Positions 47,426-57,988 are shown, counted from the stretch's first letter. The stretch: 64,000 nucleotides of DNA from a virus (IMGVR_UViG_3300036766_000678:116417-180416); one strand, 5' to 3'. The notes: a model not told the origin generated them from the sequence alone. Translations and numbers: made by a program.

Positions 47426-47989
47426 TTATCTCCTTTTCTTTCTTAAATTCTTAATCTGTTCTTTTGTTTTCTCTTGCCAATCTTTATCTCGTTTATTTAA
47501 AACTTTTTGTTCTTCATTAAGATTCTTTTCTATTTGTTGGATAAGAATCCTATCCTCAGACCACCAACTATATTTACTCTTAACACTCCAAGTAAGATTA
47601 CCTACAACAAAGCCATTCTTTTTTACTCCACGCATAGCAACAGGAGAAAGGGATTTATCATATCCAGATTCTTTCCATTGCTTGAACAGGTCTTCATAGG
47701 TAGGATCATCTACAGTCCACTCTTTAAAATCATTCCATTCAGAATAAGGAATTTTCCATTCTTTGGCATACTTCACTACTGCCTTATGAATAGCATGGGC
47801 ATGACCAACAAACTCTGTGGAATTCTTTTTAGCTTTAGCCAAGATCATTTCTCTTAATAGTATATATCTTTTTTTAGCATATTGCAACCGTTCTTTTTTA
47901 TTATCTTGATATTTCTCACGAAAATAGATTAGTTGCTTTGTTCTACGTTTCTTGTTATACTCTTTAAAGTAATCTTTTCTATCTAACAA
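47426..47989 (-). CDS. Degenerate HNH-like endonuclease
   Basis: FKQWKESGYDKSLSPVAMRGVKKNGFVVGNLTW aligns with the PSIDRID..GY..GNxxW pattern, but the D-R residues are replaced. Confidence 0.45.
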   Translation of the reverse strand: MLDRKDYFKEYNKKRRTKQLIYFREKYQDNKKERLQYAKKRYILLREMILAKAKKNSTEFVGHAHAIHKAVVKYAKEWKIPYSEWNDFKEWTVDDPTYEDLFKQWKESGYDKSLSPVAMRGVKKNGFVVGNLTWSVKSKYSWWSEDRILIQQIEKNLNEEQKVLNKRDKDWQEKTKEQIKNLRKKRR

Positions 47990-48163
47990 CTTAAATCCTT
48001 ATATGTGCTGCAAGAAATTGAACTGTATTATAGATATGAATATATACTATATATTAATAAAAGTAAAGAAGATGCTTTATTGCAGCACACTATTGTTTCT
48101 TTCCCCATGCTTACTCCAATTAACATACCTCGTAAGAATTTCTTTATCATGTTAAACTCCTTT

Positions 48164-48433
48164 TTATAAAGCTCTTATTCTTTCTGGTTCCCTTTCAAAA
48201 AGCTCATTTAATACATCATTGCATCTTTTACAAACATCAGCCCATTCATAATAATTTGTGTCTTTGTAATATCTCCAACACCTAGAACATTTTGTTCCAA
48301 CAGCTTTTGTAATACAAATATAAAAATCTGGCTTAATTCCGTGAATCTTATCCCAAGCAACCATACGTTCTATATTGTCTCCTTCATCGAAAGATAATGA
48401 GGTTAATTTATTAATCATATTAATACCTCTCAT
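48164..48433 (-). CDS. Stand-alone IleRS/FPG-type zinc-finger protein
   Basis: ITKAVGTKCSRCWRY...VCKRCNDVL. Confidence 0.6.
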   Translation of the reverse strand: MRGINMINKLTSLSFDEGDNIERMVAWDKIHGIKPDFYICITKAVGTKCSRCWRYYKDTNYYEWADVCKRCNDVLNELFEREPERIRAL

Positions 48434-49124
48434 TATAACATTTCTCTAAATACTCAAGTTTACTAATCTTATTTTCTTTCATTAATTTTTCTTTATCTTT
48501 AAATTCTTCCTGTGTAACTTCTTGTCCGTGAAGAACATAAATACCTGTGCTATCTCTAAATTTGATTGCATAATCTGAAGCATTGTGAGTATAACCTTCA
48601 TTATCTATATGAAATTCTAATGGATGATCTATTAAAATAACTAATCCTTTAAGGATAACAAAATAAGAACATTCAAGCATATCTATCCACAAATTTAATT
48701 TATGATTATCTTCTGCTGAATACTTAAGATATAATACTTTCCTTCCATATTCATAAAACCCAACCCAAGAAGAATAAAATTGCCCTGGCCAAAGATTGTT
48801 CCAAAGATTGTTCTCAAGATTGTTCTCAAGATTGTTCCAAAGATTGTTCCAAAGATTGTTCCTAAGATTGTTCTCAAGATTGTTCCTAAGATTGTTCCAA
48901 AGATTGTTCTCAAGATTGTCCTTTTTAATTAAATTAATTAATTCGATGGGGCTATTAACCCAAACACACTTAGGTTCATTTTCATTAATTAACTTGTACA
49001 TTTCTTTGACAGCTTTTTCTGCAATAAGCCGGTTAGCGGGTTGGGTAGATAAGCCTTTCTTTAAATAAAACTGATAATATTCTTTTACTTGTTGTTCTTG
49101 TTCGATAGTTAATTTATTAATCAT
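48420..49124 (-). CDS. DUF6745-like phage protein with an NNLx repeat tract and a tag variant
   Basis: PANRLIAEKAV..MY, CVWVNSP, H.EG..HNASDYAI.FRD..GIYVLHG; ends SKLEYLEKCY. Confidence 0.6.
   Translation of the reverse strand: MINKLTIEQEQQVKEYYQFYLKKGLSTQPANRLIAEKAVKEMYKLINENEPKCVWVNSPIELINLIKKDNLENNLWNNLRNNLENNLRNNLWNNLWNNLENNLENNLWNNLWPGQFYSSWVGFYEYGRKVLYLKYSAEDNHKLNLWIDMLECSYFVILKGLVILIDHPLEFHIDNEGYTHNASDYAIKFRDSTGIYVLHGQEVTQEEFKDKEKLMKENKISKLEYLEKCYNERY
48789..48920 (-). repeat. Eleven tandem 12-bp units (AACAATCTT + TGG/AGG/GAG), in frame
   Basis: Read directly from the sequence; encodes NNLW/NNLR/NNLE. Confidence 0.95.
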
Positions 49125-49550
49125 TACTATTCACCCAATGAAGATATTGCTGCTGACTCATTTGCACATATGCAGAACAAAAGCACCCATCAACAGCGCA
49201 TTGCCCAAATTGCCCATGTAAATTAAAATGATGCCTACATTGACAAAACATTATTTATCCCCTAAATAAGAAAAGAATACCCTTTTCCACAATGACATCA
49301 AATAAGTTCTCTAAATATTTCATTTGTATCTATCTCTCCATATCAGAATAGAAATGCCAAACCACATAACTCCTATCAACATAAGGATACCACCATAAAT
49401 TATAAAGTATTCCTCTATAGTAAGTCCCGTCAATTCCATATTAAGTAAATTCATATTAGTATTTACACACTTTACAATGACCATTTTTATATCTGCCTAC
49501 AATAGCTATTTCATACCCTTGAATACAAAACTGCTTTCTTTCATCCTTTT

Positions 49551-50129
49551 TCATTCTTGTTTTGTAAATCCACTGGGATGTTTATTAATAATATCAATTA
49601 TAACATTCTCTGAAACTGGACGGAAATTCCATTTGTCCACACCCACATTTATCATACCATTTTTATATAAAGCAGGTCGAAATACCCAACTCGTATGCAC
49701 ATGCCCATTTAATAACCATCGTCCATCATCTTTCAAGTTCTTAGTTTCAAATTTAGCTTTTCCATGTGGATCTGGAGTACCTTTATAAGGATAGTGAGAA
49801 AGATTTGCTTTAATCCCATTTTCAAGGTCAATCTGCAAAGATTGATGGACTTCCTCAAATCCCCATTCCTTCATCTTTGCTCCACTTCGATCATGATTTC
49901 CTAGGATTAGTATCTTGTGGCCATTAAGACAACTCAGGATATGTTTAGCCCTATCAGGCGAAGCAAAAGCAAAATCCCCAAGATGATACACTGTATCCGT
50001 TGGTTGAACCAGCTCATTCCAATTTTGTATCAGAACAGCATCCATCTCCCCAGCAGATAGGAAGGGACGGGTGCAGTATTTTATTATATTAAAATGCGAG
50101 AAATGAGTATCTGCTGTTAGCCATCTCAT
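49551..50129 (-). CDS. Calcineurin-like metallophosphoesterase
   Basis: ADTHFSH, YHLGDF, ILGNHD, SHYP, NGHVH, NVGVD. Confidence 0.88.
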   Translation of the reverse strand: MRWLTADTHFSHFNIIKYCTRPFLSAGEMDAVLIQNWNELVQPTDTVYHLGDFAFASPDRAKHILSCLNGHKILILGNHDRSGAKMKEWGFEEVHQSLQIDLENGIKANLSHYPYKGTPDPHGKAKFETKNLKDDGRWLLNGHVHTSWVFRPALYKNGMINVGVDKWNFRPVSENVIIDIINKHPSGFTKQE

Positions 50130-50497
50130 TTAGGCATCTTTTGAAACCAATTCACAGGCCCCCACCATTTCACGAGATTTTCATCTGCATTAACATCTTT
50201 AATTGATTTAACCCATACTTCAGTTGCACCACGCACATCAATGACTACTACAATAGGTTTATCTTTATAGTGTGTACAAACAATCTTTTGCCCCTTCTTA
50301 AAAGTAGTTTTCATAAATTCCCCTTTAAACTATTCTTGCATTCACAGGTAGATTAGTTAAATAACTATACTCGATCTCAAAGATTTCTCCACTCCTATTA
50401 GGATGGTATGCCATAGAACCTATAGCTTCTTTAAGCGTCTTCACGATCCGACAAATCCTACCATTTAAAGCTACTGCGTATCTTGTTCTCATGCTTA

Positions 50498-50538
50498 AGT
50501 ATGACATACTTATCTACCTTTGTCAAGGGCTATTTTTC
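50498..50538 (-). promoter_or_regulatory. Sigma70-type promoter with an upstream block identical to that at 63570..63586
   Basis: GAAAAATAGCCC-TTGACA-N17-CATACT. Confidence 0.65.
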
Positions 50539-51424
50539 ACTTGCATTATATTATTTAATGCTGTTTTTAGATCTATTTCAGATACACCTAAATAAGCAGC
50601 TAAACGCTTTAATATCTCGTCCCCTTCGAGCTTTCTTGTTCCACAAGGATCATAAGCCATTAATGTTTACCTCCGTAGTAATGATCAATCAGTGCATAAA
50701 TCCCTACATAAATTAGCATCAAAATGAATGCACAAATACCTAAAATCTCAACAGGTGCAAAGCTGCTCATCCAAAATTGTTAAAGGGTTTACGACACTCT
50801 CGTAAAAATTCTTCTGGTAGATACACATATTCTTTGGTCAGAGTATCTTGGCATTCCCACTGTTTCTGGCCATAAAATTTATAAGGCCACATTATCATAA
50901 ATACTCTATCATGGTAAGAGTAGCACTGCCCTATCTCAATCTTATTTTTCTTTGCCATGCCAGATTCCCTTTCTATAAGAATTCATACTAGAGGTATCTA
51001 TCCTTTCCTCACTTCCAAAATTAAATAACCCATTGATATTCAAGCTGTTTAAATAATCCCAAGAAATCTTATGTATCTTCTTTATTTGGCCCTTTTGTTT
51101 AAACTTATCTACATGAAGATGTTTATTGTTCATTTCTTTTCCTCGTTGCGTCCAAGTTCAAAAGCAGCTTGTACAAGAGGACTGATTTGATTCCTATACC
51201 AAGGATTATTTGGGGTTTCCCCAGACCACGATTGCCCCTCTTTAACAATTGCTTCAACTATTGCTTCAAGCTCTTTCATAGCATCTCCCAAAAATAATGA
51301 TTGTAATGATCTTTTTGTCAAATACCTTGTCTATTTACCTATCTGTTACTTACCTGTCCTAATACAATACTTCGTTAAATCGTTACTTATTCAGTATTAT
51401 ATTGTAGCGGCCTTTACTTCTTTC

Positions 51425-51949
51425 TTATATCAGTATAACTGGTTCTTTGAAATCTTTATTAAAATGTTTTATAATTTTAAAGGAATCTAATATTGTTAAT
51501 CCTACCCAGGAATCTGTAAGGTATTCATTCTGTTTATCTCTATATTCTAGCTGAAAAATAGGATGGTCATCTAGTGCTACCCAAGTATCGGGACTATGTA
51601 GTTGATCATCTAGCCACATATGAATCTCATGCACTCTTTCAGAAGAGAATTTCTTTGGGGTTTTGCCTATAATTCTTTCTGCATCTAATCCATAGAATTG
51701 AAACAATTCTTTAAATAAATTTATTTCAAAATGGTTTCTCCAGGAAGTAGATAAAACAATCTTAAGATTTGGTACATTATCTAAAATATATTTAAGACAC
51801 CACATATTGTTTGGATTGGTGTTGGATTTCATAAATTCCAAATCAGCTTCTTTAGGGGTATCTTTTCCCTTTACTTCTTTTTCTTTCACCATAAGAAAAT
51901 GTTGTTTACTATTTAAAACACCATCGAAATCGACAAAGATAACATTCAT
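51425..51949 (-). CDS. HAD-family phosphatase of the RNA-repair (Swiss-army-knife) type
   Basis: IFVDFDGVLN, LSTSWR, IIGKTP, EIHMWL, VALDD. Confidence 0.8.
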   Translation of the reverse strand: MNVIFVDFDGVLNSKQHFLMVKEKEVKGKDTPKEADLEFMKSNTNPNNMWCLKYILDNVPNLKIVLSTSWRNHFEINLFKELFQFYGLDAERIIGKTPKKFSSERVHEIHMWLDDQLHSPDTWVALDDHPIFQLEYRDKQNEYLTDSWVGLTILDSFKIIKHFNKDFKEPVILI

Positions 51950-52234
51950 TATTTATTTTCCAACCTAATGTATTTCTTATAAAGCTTTTCCCACTTAAGA
52001 TGATACTTATGAGCTACTTTAACAAAAGGTTTTGCTGCCTGAAAAGCTTTGCTTCTCCACTTTGTTTCTTCTTTAACAAGCTTATCTAATTCTTTTTGAA
52101 CTTGTTGTCTTGTCATTTCCATACCTCCCATTTTTTACCAAAAACAAAGACATAAAGAATCCTGTCATCATTATAATAATATGACCACACACCTGGAAGT
52201 TTACTTAATAAGTTAAATATCTTATCTTTCATTA

Positions 52235-52693
52235 TTATTTCCTGTACAATTTCCCTTTGCCATCTCTTTCATAATAAGACGAACATTCTTTACCCAAAGT
52301 AGATGTTACTCCATCAGTTACATAAACAGCATTTTGAATTTGGGGATTGTTTTCATTTGAAAATCTTGCATCCATTTCTCTTAAAACATATAATTTGGCT
52401 TTAAGATGCAATGCTATCTTCTTTATTTTTTCTTCATCTCTTGTAAGGTTAATATCTCCAAACCATATTTTGTTATATCCTTCTACAATAAGATTAGCAT
52501 TCCAAACACACAAATGTTCTCCTTTACCTTTTGTTTCGGGGGCTCGTTTAGAACCTGATAACATTGTTCCTGGATAACCCATTAGTTCTTGAATGAATTT
52601 TTGGTCTTCAATGGCTAATATATTATCTTTTTTGGTAGTAGTTTTTTCTATCCACGCTTGGAAAGCTTTTTTAAATTCATTTGGATTTATCAT
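52235..52693 (-). CDS. Hypothetical protein
   Basis: Clean ORF. Confidence 0.55.
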   Translation of the reverse strand: MINPNEFKKAFQAWIEKTTTKKDNILAIEDQKFIQELMGYPGTMLSGSKRAPETKGKGEHLCVWNANLIVEGYNKIWFGDINLTRDEEKIKKIALHLKAKLYVLREMDARFSNENNPQIQNAVYVTDGVTSTLGKECSSYYERDGKGKLYRK

Positions 52694-52879
52694 TATTTAA
52701 TTCCTTTTTCAAACCATTTCTTCGCTTCAGCTAATGTCTTAAATGAAATCTTTGGGGGTACAGGATCTTGTTTATCTTTTAATACATAACAATGCCATTT
52801 ACCAGTGCTCTCCTTACAAATACCACCAAGAGGACTAAAATACCATCCAGGTTCAACCACTATCCAATTAACCATATTT

Positions 52880-53236
52880 TTAAGTATTCTCATTAAGTAT
52901 TTGACCAGTACGGTCAATTGTTAAAGCATAAACTCGTGCTGGACCATCATATTTATTGGTCTTTGTAGGACCATCATCCCCAACAGTTTGCCAATACAAA
53001 GTTTCTTGTTCCTTAACTGAATCACAAACTATAACAGCAGACCCATCTAAAATTGCTTGGGAATGATCACAAACTGTAAGATAAGGTGCAGCTTTCAAAA
53101 CTTCTGCATAATTATTATCTGGCACAAAGAAACTCACAAAAAGAACGGGTTTTTTTAAAGCCTTTGCAACTGTTTGGGCAAGTTCAATTCCACTTAACAC
53201 TCTCATTTTAATCCCCCTTATTCTTTTCTTCTTCAT
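52880..53236 (-). CDS. Hypothetical protein
   Basis: Clean ORF. Confidence 0.5.
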   Translation of the reverse strand: MKKKRIRGIKMRVLSGIELAQTVAKALKKPVLFVSFFVPDNNYAEVLKAAPYLTVCDHSQAILDGSAVIVCDSVKEQETLYWQTVGDDGPTKTNKYDGPARVYALTIDRTGQILNENT

Positions 53237-53746
53237 CTAGTAATTCTTGTGCCATTTCCCCAGTTATTTTTAATGCTGCACTTAGTTCGCCCATAATTGT
53301 AAATATACCAATAATACCTTCATGATTATAGGCCGCACGAAGAGATCTTCTCAAATCCACCTCATCCTCAATTCCGATGAATTTATTTCCCATTATATAA
53401 TTCCGCTGCCTTATCATAATATTTATCACTCACCATTGTTCCAAGCTTCTCCAAAGGATGCAATTCTTTAATATGCTTAACATATAAAGCAACACAATCA
53501 TCCATAGGTAATTCAACGGGTAATTCAATATCTTTCAAGGTGCCACATTTATTGCATTGAAGCCAAACCATTAATGCATCTCCGTTTCAGTAATTTTAGC
53601 TCTTCGATAATATTTATTTTTCTTTTGGTATTCTTTGGCTGCCTTTTCTGTTTTAAATACACCATACACTTCAGATGTGAAGAAATCTCCCCCATCTGCT
53701 TGACAGCAACCTTGGTTCTCACATTCATGAAGAACAAATACTTTCA

Positions 53747-53956
53747 TTAGCTTACTTTCTCCCATTTATAAGCATTCTTTAGCTTAGTGGCAAAGTGGCT
53801 ACCCTTGCTCTTAGAGGCTACAAATTCATCATAAGCTGCTTTGGTCATACCCTTCGCTTGATAGGTAGCACCTGATTTAAATGAAACTTCGCAGGTATCA
53901 TTCTCAAATCCGATACTGACAATGTTACTGGAAATCACTGCAATTTTATTGATCAT
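53747..53956 (-). CDS. KTSC domain protein
   Basis: SSNIVSIGF...EVSFKSGATY...YDEFVASKSKGSHF. Confidence 0.85.
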   Translation of the reverse strand: MINKIAVISSNIVSIGFENDTCEVSFKSGATYQAKGMTKAAYDEFVASKSKGSHFATKLKNAYKWEKVS

Positions 53957-53970
53957 TTAATGATCCTTTT

Positions 53971-54318
53971 CTAGTTATAAAATTCATCTTTGTAATCTTT
54001 ATCAATATCGTGATTAAGCAAACCAAAAATTTTATTAAGTAATTGTTGTTCTTTTTGGGGTGTTACTTCAGTAGTAAAGAGTTCTTTCAATGTGTTTTTA
54101 ATAGTCTTCACTCGTTTCTTTTCTCGCCCACTCCCATTTTTTTCTCTTAACTTCTTTTGGATCTCATAAACTCTTGAATGCAAATCTTTATATCTAAAAT
54201 CTCCCAACAAAGCTGCAGTTTTAACTGGAGTTGCAGAGACCGCAGCTAAAAAGTCATTATCATTTTTTATCGCCAACAACTGATTATATATTCCATCCAA
54301 CCTATCTCGTCTTTTCAT
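53971..54318 (-). CDS. Hypothetical early protein
   Basis: GGGAGG SD directly after the promoter at 54343..54371. Confidence 0.6.
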   Translation of the reverse strand: MKRRDRLDGIYNQLLAIKNDNDFLAAVSATPVKTAALLGDFRYKDLHSRVYEIQKKLREKNGSGREKKRVKTIKNTLKELFTTEVTPQKEQQLLNKIFGLLNHDIDKDYKDEFYN

Positions 54319-54342
54319 GTTTGCTACCTCCCTTTCCCTATA

Positions 54343-54371
54343 AGTATAACAGGAGAAGATAAGATTGTCAA
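54343..54371 (-). promoter_or_regulatory. Sigma70-type promoter with extended -10
   Basis: TTGACA-N17-TATACT with TG. Confidence 0.8.
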
Positions 54372-54502
54372 GGGGTAATTTTTAACCTGCCTTATGGTAC
54401 AATTACCACTCCCAGGGCCTTCAATAGTTAAACTTGTTATAGTACCATCACTTGTTGCCAAGAAATAAAAGTTAACATCCTTTGGGCATAAAAGTTTTTC
54501 AT

Positions 54503-55696
54503 TCATTTGTCAATTATCCTTAAGCCGTCACATTCCTCTGGTGTAACATTTTGTAAGGCTTTATAAAATCTCTCTACAACTGTAACAGGTACTTCCTTTT
54601 CTCTTTGAACATTTCGTTCAAGAAGAGTTTGCAAGGAAATATCAAAAAAAACTGCCCCAACAACTGCTCCATATTGTCTACCAAGCTGCCAAAGAATTTT
54701 ACGAAGTTTACGAGTTGGATTAGTAGCATCTACAATTGTACTTTGCCTATTTTTCATTGCTTCACGAAGTTCTCTTTCCTGCCAACCAAATATTTCTGAA
54801 TTTTTACTTTGGTCATTCTCATCTCCGCACAATTCTTTTCGACGTTGATCCATAGAAATAACTTTTACATCAGGAAATTGTTTTTGCAGTTGCTTACAAT
54901 AAGTTGATTTACCACTTGCTGGAGGTCCTATAAGAAGTAACAACTGAAAAATTGGCATTTTATTCATAAGTTCTTGGGCATCTTCTAAAGTTTCATTAGT
55001 TTCTGGTGCATCATTCATTAGAATATTCCATCTAGCTAGAGAATAAGCTTGATTATTTAAAGAAATTGCAAGTGGAACCCGATAAGATCTATTCCAAATT
55101 CCAATATCTTCACAATTCTGTTTAAATTGTTCTAGTAATGACATACCAGAAGACATATCATCAGCTTTACGGCCCAATGTATCAGCTTGAGATAGGAGAT
55201 AAAGCATTTTAGTATTTGTAGCCAAAGAGAGAAGTTTAAGTTTATTGACAGTAGTACCATCCTTCGCCCACATTCTTGGTTTCATATGGTTCTCTACTAG
55301 CCTAAGAATTTGTTCTCTTTTCTTATATAGAAATTCTGGGAAGTATTTTTTAAGAAATTCATTGATAACAGGAAGTCCAGCAGTTTCATGCCCATATGCT
55401 GTTATTGTACCTTTTTTAGGATGAATGGCATAAGCAGCTTTCTTTCCAAAATCATGGCACATAGCAGCAATATAAAGAGCTACTTTATCTTCTTGTTTCT
55501 CTATTTGATCTAACAGTGGAAATATCTCTTTCATGGTTAAATTGGCATGGGTAAGCACATTTCCCTCCAAATGGTGGGGGGCACTTTGATCACACGAAGA
55601 CATTAGCTGTAATTCAGGGATAACCTCTTGATATTCTAAGAGATCAATAGGTTGAATATTGATTACTGCATCATGGAATGATTGTATTGTAGGCAT
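54503..55696 (-). CDS. HD-domain phosphohydrolase fused to a P-loop polynucleotide kinase
   Basis: HHLEGNVLTH...MCHDFGK...QAD; LLIGPPASGKST, TIVDATN. Confidence 0.82.
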   Translation of the reverse strand: MPTIQSFHDAVINIQPIDLLEYQEVIPELQLMSSCDQSAPHHLEGNVLTHANLTMKEIFPLLDQIEKQEDKVALYIAAMCHDFGKKAAYAIHPKKGTITAYGHETAGLPVINEFLKKYFPEFLYKKREQILRLVENHMKPRMWAKDGTTVNKLKLLSLATNTKMLYLLSQADTLGRKADDMSSGMSLLEQFKQNCEDIGIWNRSYRVPLAISLNNQAYSLARWNILMNDAPETNETLEDAQELMNKMPIFQLLLLIGPPASGKSTYCKQLQKQFPDVKVISMDQRRKELCGDENDQSKNSEIFGWQERELREAMKNRQSTIVDATNPTRKLRKILWQLGRQYGAVVGAVFFDISLQTLLERNVQREKEVPVTVVERFYKALQNVTPEECDGLRIIDK

Positions 55697-55701
55697 ATTT
55701 A

Positions 55702-55730
55702 AATGTATCAGGAAAAGGCAGCTTTGTCAA
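55702..55730 (-). promoter_or_regulatory. Sigma70-type promoter, possibly for a leaderless transcript
   Basis: TTGACA-N17-TACATT, with TG; ATG of the HD-kinase gene 5 nt downstream. Confidence 0.65.
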
Positions 55731-55929
55731 TGGTTAATTTGATGCTAATTATCCTGCAATAATACAAATTCAGTTTCATCATGATCTTTGCCATCTGTAG
55801 TAGGCTGCGTTAAAGTAATGTTATAAATATTCCCAGACTTTACTCCTCTAGCCTTCATATGAATCTGGACTCTTGACTGTTCATTAGTACAACCAACAAA
55901 AAACAAAGGTAACAACAATAATAACTTTC

Positions 55930-56397
55930 TCATTTTCCGTCTCCTATTCTCTTTACTTCATTTGACAATTTCTTGATCTGGTCATTAATCACTTTGTATT
56001 CTTTTCTAAATCCTCGCATACTCCACCAACATGCAATTAAACGGTAAGTATGTCTTATTCCGTTTGCTAAGAATAATAACGAAGGGAGAAACCAAAAAAA
56101 CCACATAAAAGAATTCTTTGGGTATATGCCATGAACGCCAGCAAGTAGTAATCCTAATGAAACGCCCATACCAAAATTCACTAGAATATCAATGATCTCT
56201 TGTTTAATTTTAAACTTATATTCATCAAAAACAAAGTTCACGACATCAGGAGGAACCACGTTAGAAAGGTATCCAATTTCACTTAGCTTTGAAGCCATTA
56301 AGAAAGTTTGTCGCTCGACAGAGCCTTCAGGATAGCTGTTATACAATTTTCTTTTGAGCCTCAGCAAGTCTATCCTCACCAGATCCGAATCCAACAT
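55930..56397 (-). CDS. Membrane protein with two TM segments
   Basis: Two hydrophobic stretches followed by a coiled coil. Confidence 0.6.
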   Translation of the reverse strand: MLDSDLVRIDLLRLKRKLYNSYPEGSVERQTFLMASKLSEIGYLSNVVPPDVVNFVFDEYKFKIKQEIIDILVNFGMGVSLGLLLAGVHGIYPKNSFMWFFWFLPSLLFLANGIRHTYRLIACWWSMRGFRKEYKVINDQIKKLSNEVKRIGDGK

Positions 56398-56400
56398 AAC

Positions 56401-56910
56401 CTATTTTTCCTTTGGAGCTTTTCTTACAGCTAGATTAAAATATTTTTTCTGAGCATCATATTCTTTTACATATTTCCTTTTTATGAAAGAAACTGCTTTT
56501 TCAATTGTTGGAAATGTATGGGATTTAGGAAATAATATATTTGTCCATCCCATTAATTCCTCTGAATAACGTTTTGGACCAACTAAAACCACAGGTATTT
56601 CGCATCGTTGAGCAAAGTCCATCTCGCGGTAAGTTCCGTCAGAAATTATGTCAGAGGTAAGCACTAATAAAATATCAGATTTTCTCACCAATGTTTTATC
56701 TCTTTTTACCATCGTTTCCATAACTTTACGTTTCATACTTTTAGAAACCTTGGCTTTTTTTCCAGACCCCCATAAAGCTGACTGAGCCTCTGCGGGGTCA
56801 ATTCCCCTCAACCCATGCTTGGCTAATATTCTGTTTGCTTCTGCACGTTCAGCAGTTACCTCTGCTGCATAACGTCCAGCTAGACACCCAGACATGTATA
56901 CTCTTAGCAT
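56401..56910 (-). CDS. Nucleoside 2-deoxyribosyltransferase / dNMP N-glycosidase family protein
   Basis: VYMSG...IDP...RDKTLVRKSDILLV...GTYREMDFA. Confidence 0.7.
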   Translation of the reverse strand: MLRVYMSGCLAGRYAAEVTAERAEANRILAKHGLRGIDPAEAQSALWGSGKKAKVSKSMKRKVMETMVKRDKTLVRKSDILLVLTSDIISDGTYREMDFAQRCEIPVVLVGPKRYSEELMGWTNILFPKSHTFPTIEKAVSFIKRKYVKEYDAQKKYFNLAVRKAPKEK

Positions 56911-56923
56911 ACTTATCTACCTC

Positions 56924-57181
56924 CTATACTTTTCCTTCTACTATTTCTATCCACACATTTCCATGACATGCTAATGGAAAACAATAGCAACCCAGTGTTT
57001 TATCTTTTAATTCCATTTTAGCTTTTTCTATTAAGTCTGGTTGTGTTTGTACCCAATCTTTAAACTTCTGTACCACTTCTTCACGAGTACCATCTGGCCC
57101 AATAATGAACCTATTACCCCAAATAGAAGGTCTACCAATATATACATCGTATGGTTCTTTGCGAATATTTACTACCCGCAT
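56924..57181 (-). CDS. DUF4326-family protein
   Basis: YDVYIGRPSIWGNRF...LKDKTLGCYCFPLACHG. Confidence 0.85.
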   Translation of the reverse strand: MRVVNIRKEPYDVYIGRPSIWGNRFIIGPDGTREEVVQKFKDWVQTQPDLIEKAKMELKDKTLGCYCFPLACHGNVWIEIVEGKV

Positions 57182-57195
57182 AAACTCCTCCCTTA

Positions 57196-57513
57196 CTACT
57201 TTGCGGGAGAGAGTGGAACAGTTGGAGCTACAACCACTGGTGCCTCTGTTGTTACAGGAGCAGTTGCAGCCAGTGCTGGTGTTTCAACTGGAACAGGGGC
57301 TTTATCCAATGACGGGGGAAGCTCCGTATCAATAGCCTTCTCATCAATATTCGAGATCTCTTTTTTGAGATCAGGAACAACTGGAGGTGCTACTGGTGCT
57401 ACTGGAACCTTTACTTCAGGTACTACAGGGGCTGCTGGGGCAACTACAGGTCTATCTCTAACTAGGTCTTGCAACCAAGGGGCTGGCTTTAACGGATTTG
57501 GATTTTCGGGCAT
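57196..57513 (-). CDS. Pro/Ala/Val-rich low-complexity protein
   Basis: Composition; SD AGGAG upstream. Confidence 0.55.
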   Translation of the reverse strand: MPENPNPLKPAPWLQDLVRDRPVVAPAAPVVPEVKVPVAPVAPPVVPDLKKEISNIDEKAIDTELPPSLDKAPVPVETPALAATAPVTTEAPVVVAPTVPLSPAK

Positions 57514-57514
57514 T

Positions 57515-57988
57515 TTAATTCTCCTTTAAGTTTGTATTGTTAACTAGCTCATTACAGGCATTTTCATATACCTTTGATGCTTCAATTTCTGTATCAAAAT
57601 AACCTAGGCTTTGTTGTCTACCATTAATTACAATTCTAGCTTGCCATCTATTAACACGCTTATGAAAGTAACATCCAACTAACCTACCATTTCGATGATT
57701 ATTTGTATTTTGTTGATTTTTTCTATTTGTTACTATTCGTAAGTTGTTTCTCTGATTATTTAATCCATCTCCATCAATATGATCGACTTCTTGATTATCT
57801 AGAGGGTACCCTATAACAATATGATGAAGATATATTGCTCCTCTTTGACCTTTACTTTTTTGAAAATTTCTTACAGCATAGTATCTATTCTTATCTTTTC
57901 TGGCATACCACTTTAAATGCCCAATAGCTTCGTAGATATCATCATCTACTAAAGCTATTTTACCTTGTGTTAATGTTATTTGTTTCAA
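57515..57988 (-). CDS. HNH-AP2 homing endonuclease
   Basis: YLHH...VDHIDGDGLNNQRNNLR; AP2-like RWQARI...LGYFDTEIEA. Confidence 0.88.
   Translation of the reverse strand: MKQITLTQGKIALVDDDIYEAIGHLKWYARKDKNRYYAVRNFQKSKGQRGAIYLHHIVIGYPLDNQEVDHIDGDGLNNQRNNLRIVTNRKNQQNTNNHRNGRLVGCYFHKRVNRWQARIVINGRQQSLGYFDTEIEASKVYENACNELVNNTNLKEN

Noticed and set aside
48789-48920. Possible CRISPR array or DGR template
   Set aside because: Units are 12 bp with no spacers and are in frame in a CDS; no cas or reverse transcriptase gene in the window.
48402-49124. Identical MINKLT starts in two adjacent genes
   Set aside because: A single AT-rich match of about 17 bp; too little to claim an element.
49255-49323. 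Mini-ORF beginning MKYLENLF, resembling the tag
   Set aside because: Only 22 codons, the motif is N-terminal and lacks DNL; probably chance in AT-rich DNA, so not counted.
51290-51321. TTGACA at the start of the ORF call 51130..51321
   Set aside because: No acceptable -10 at 16-18 bp spacing.
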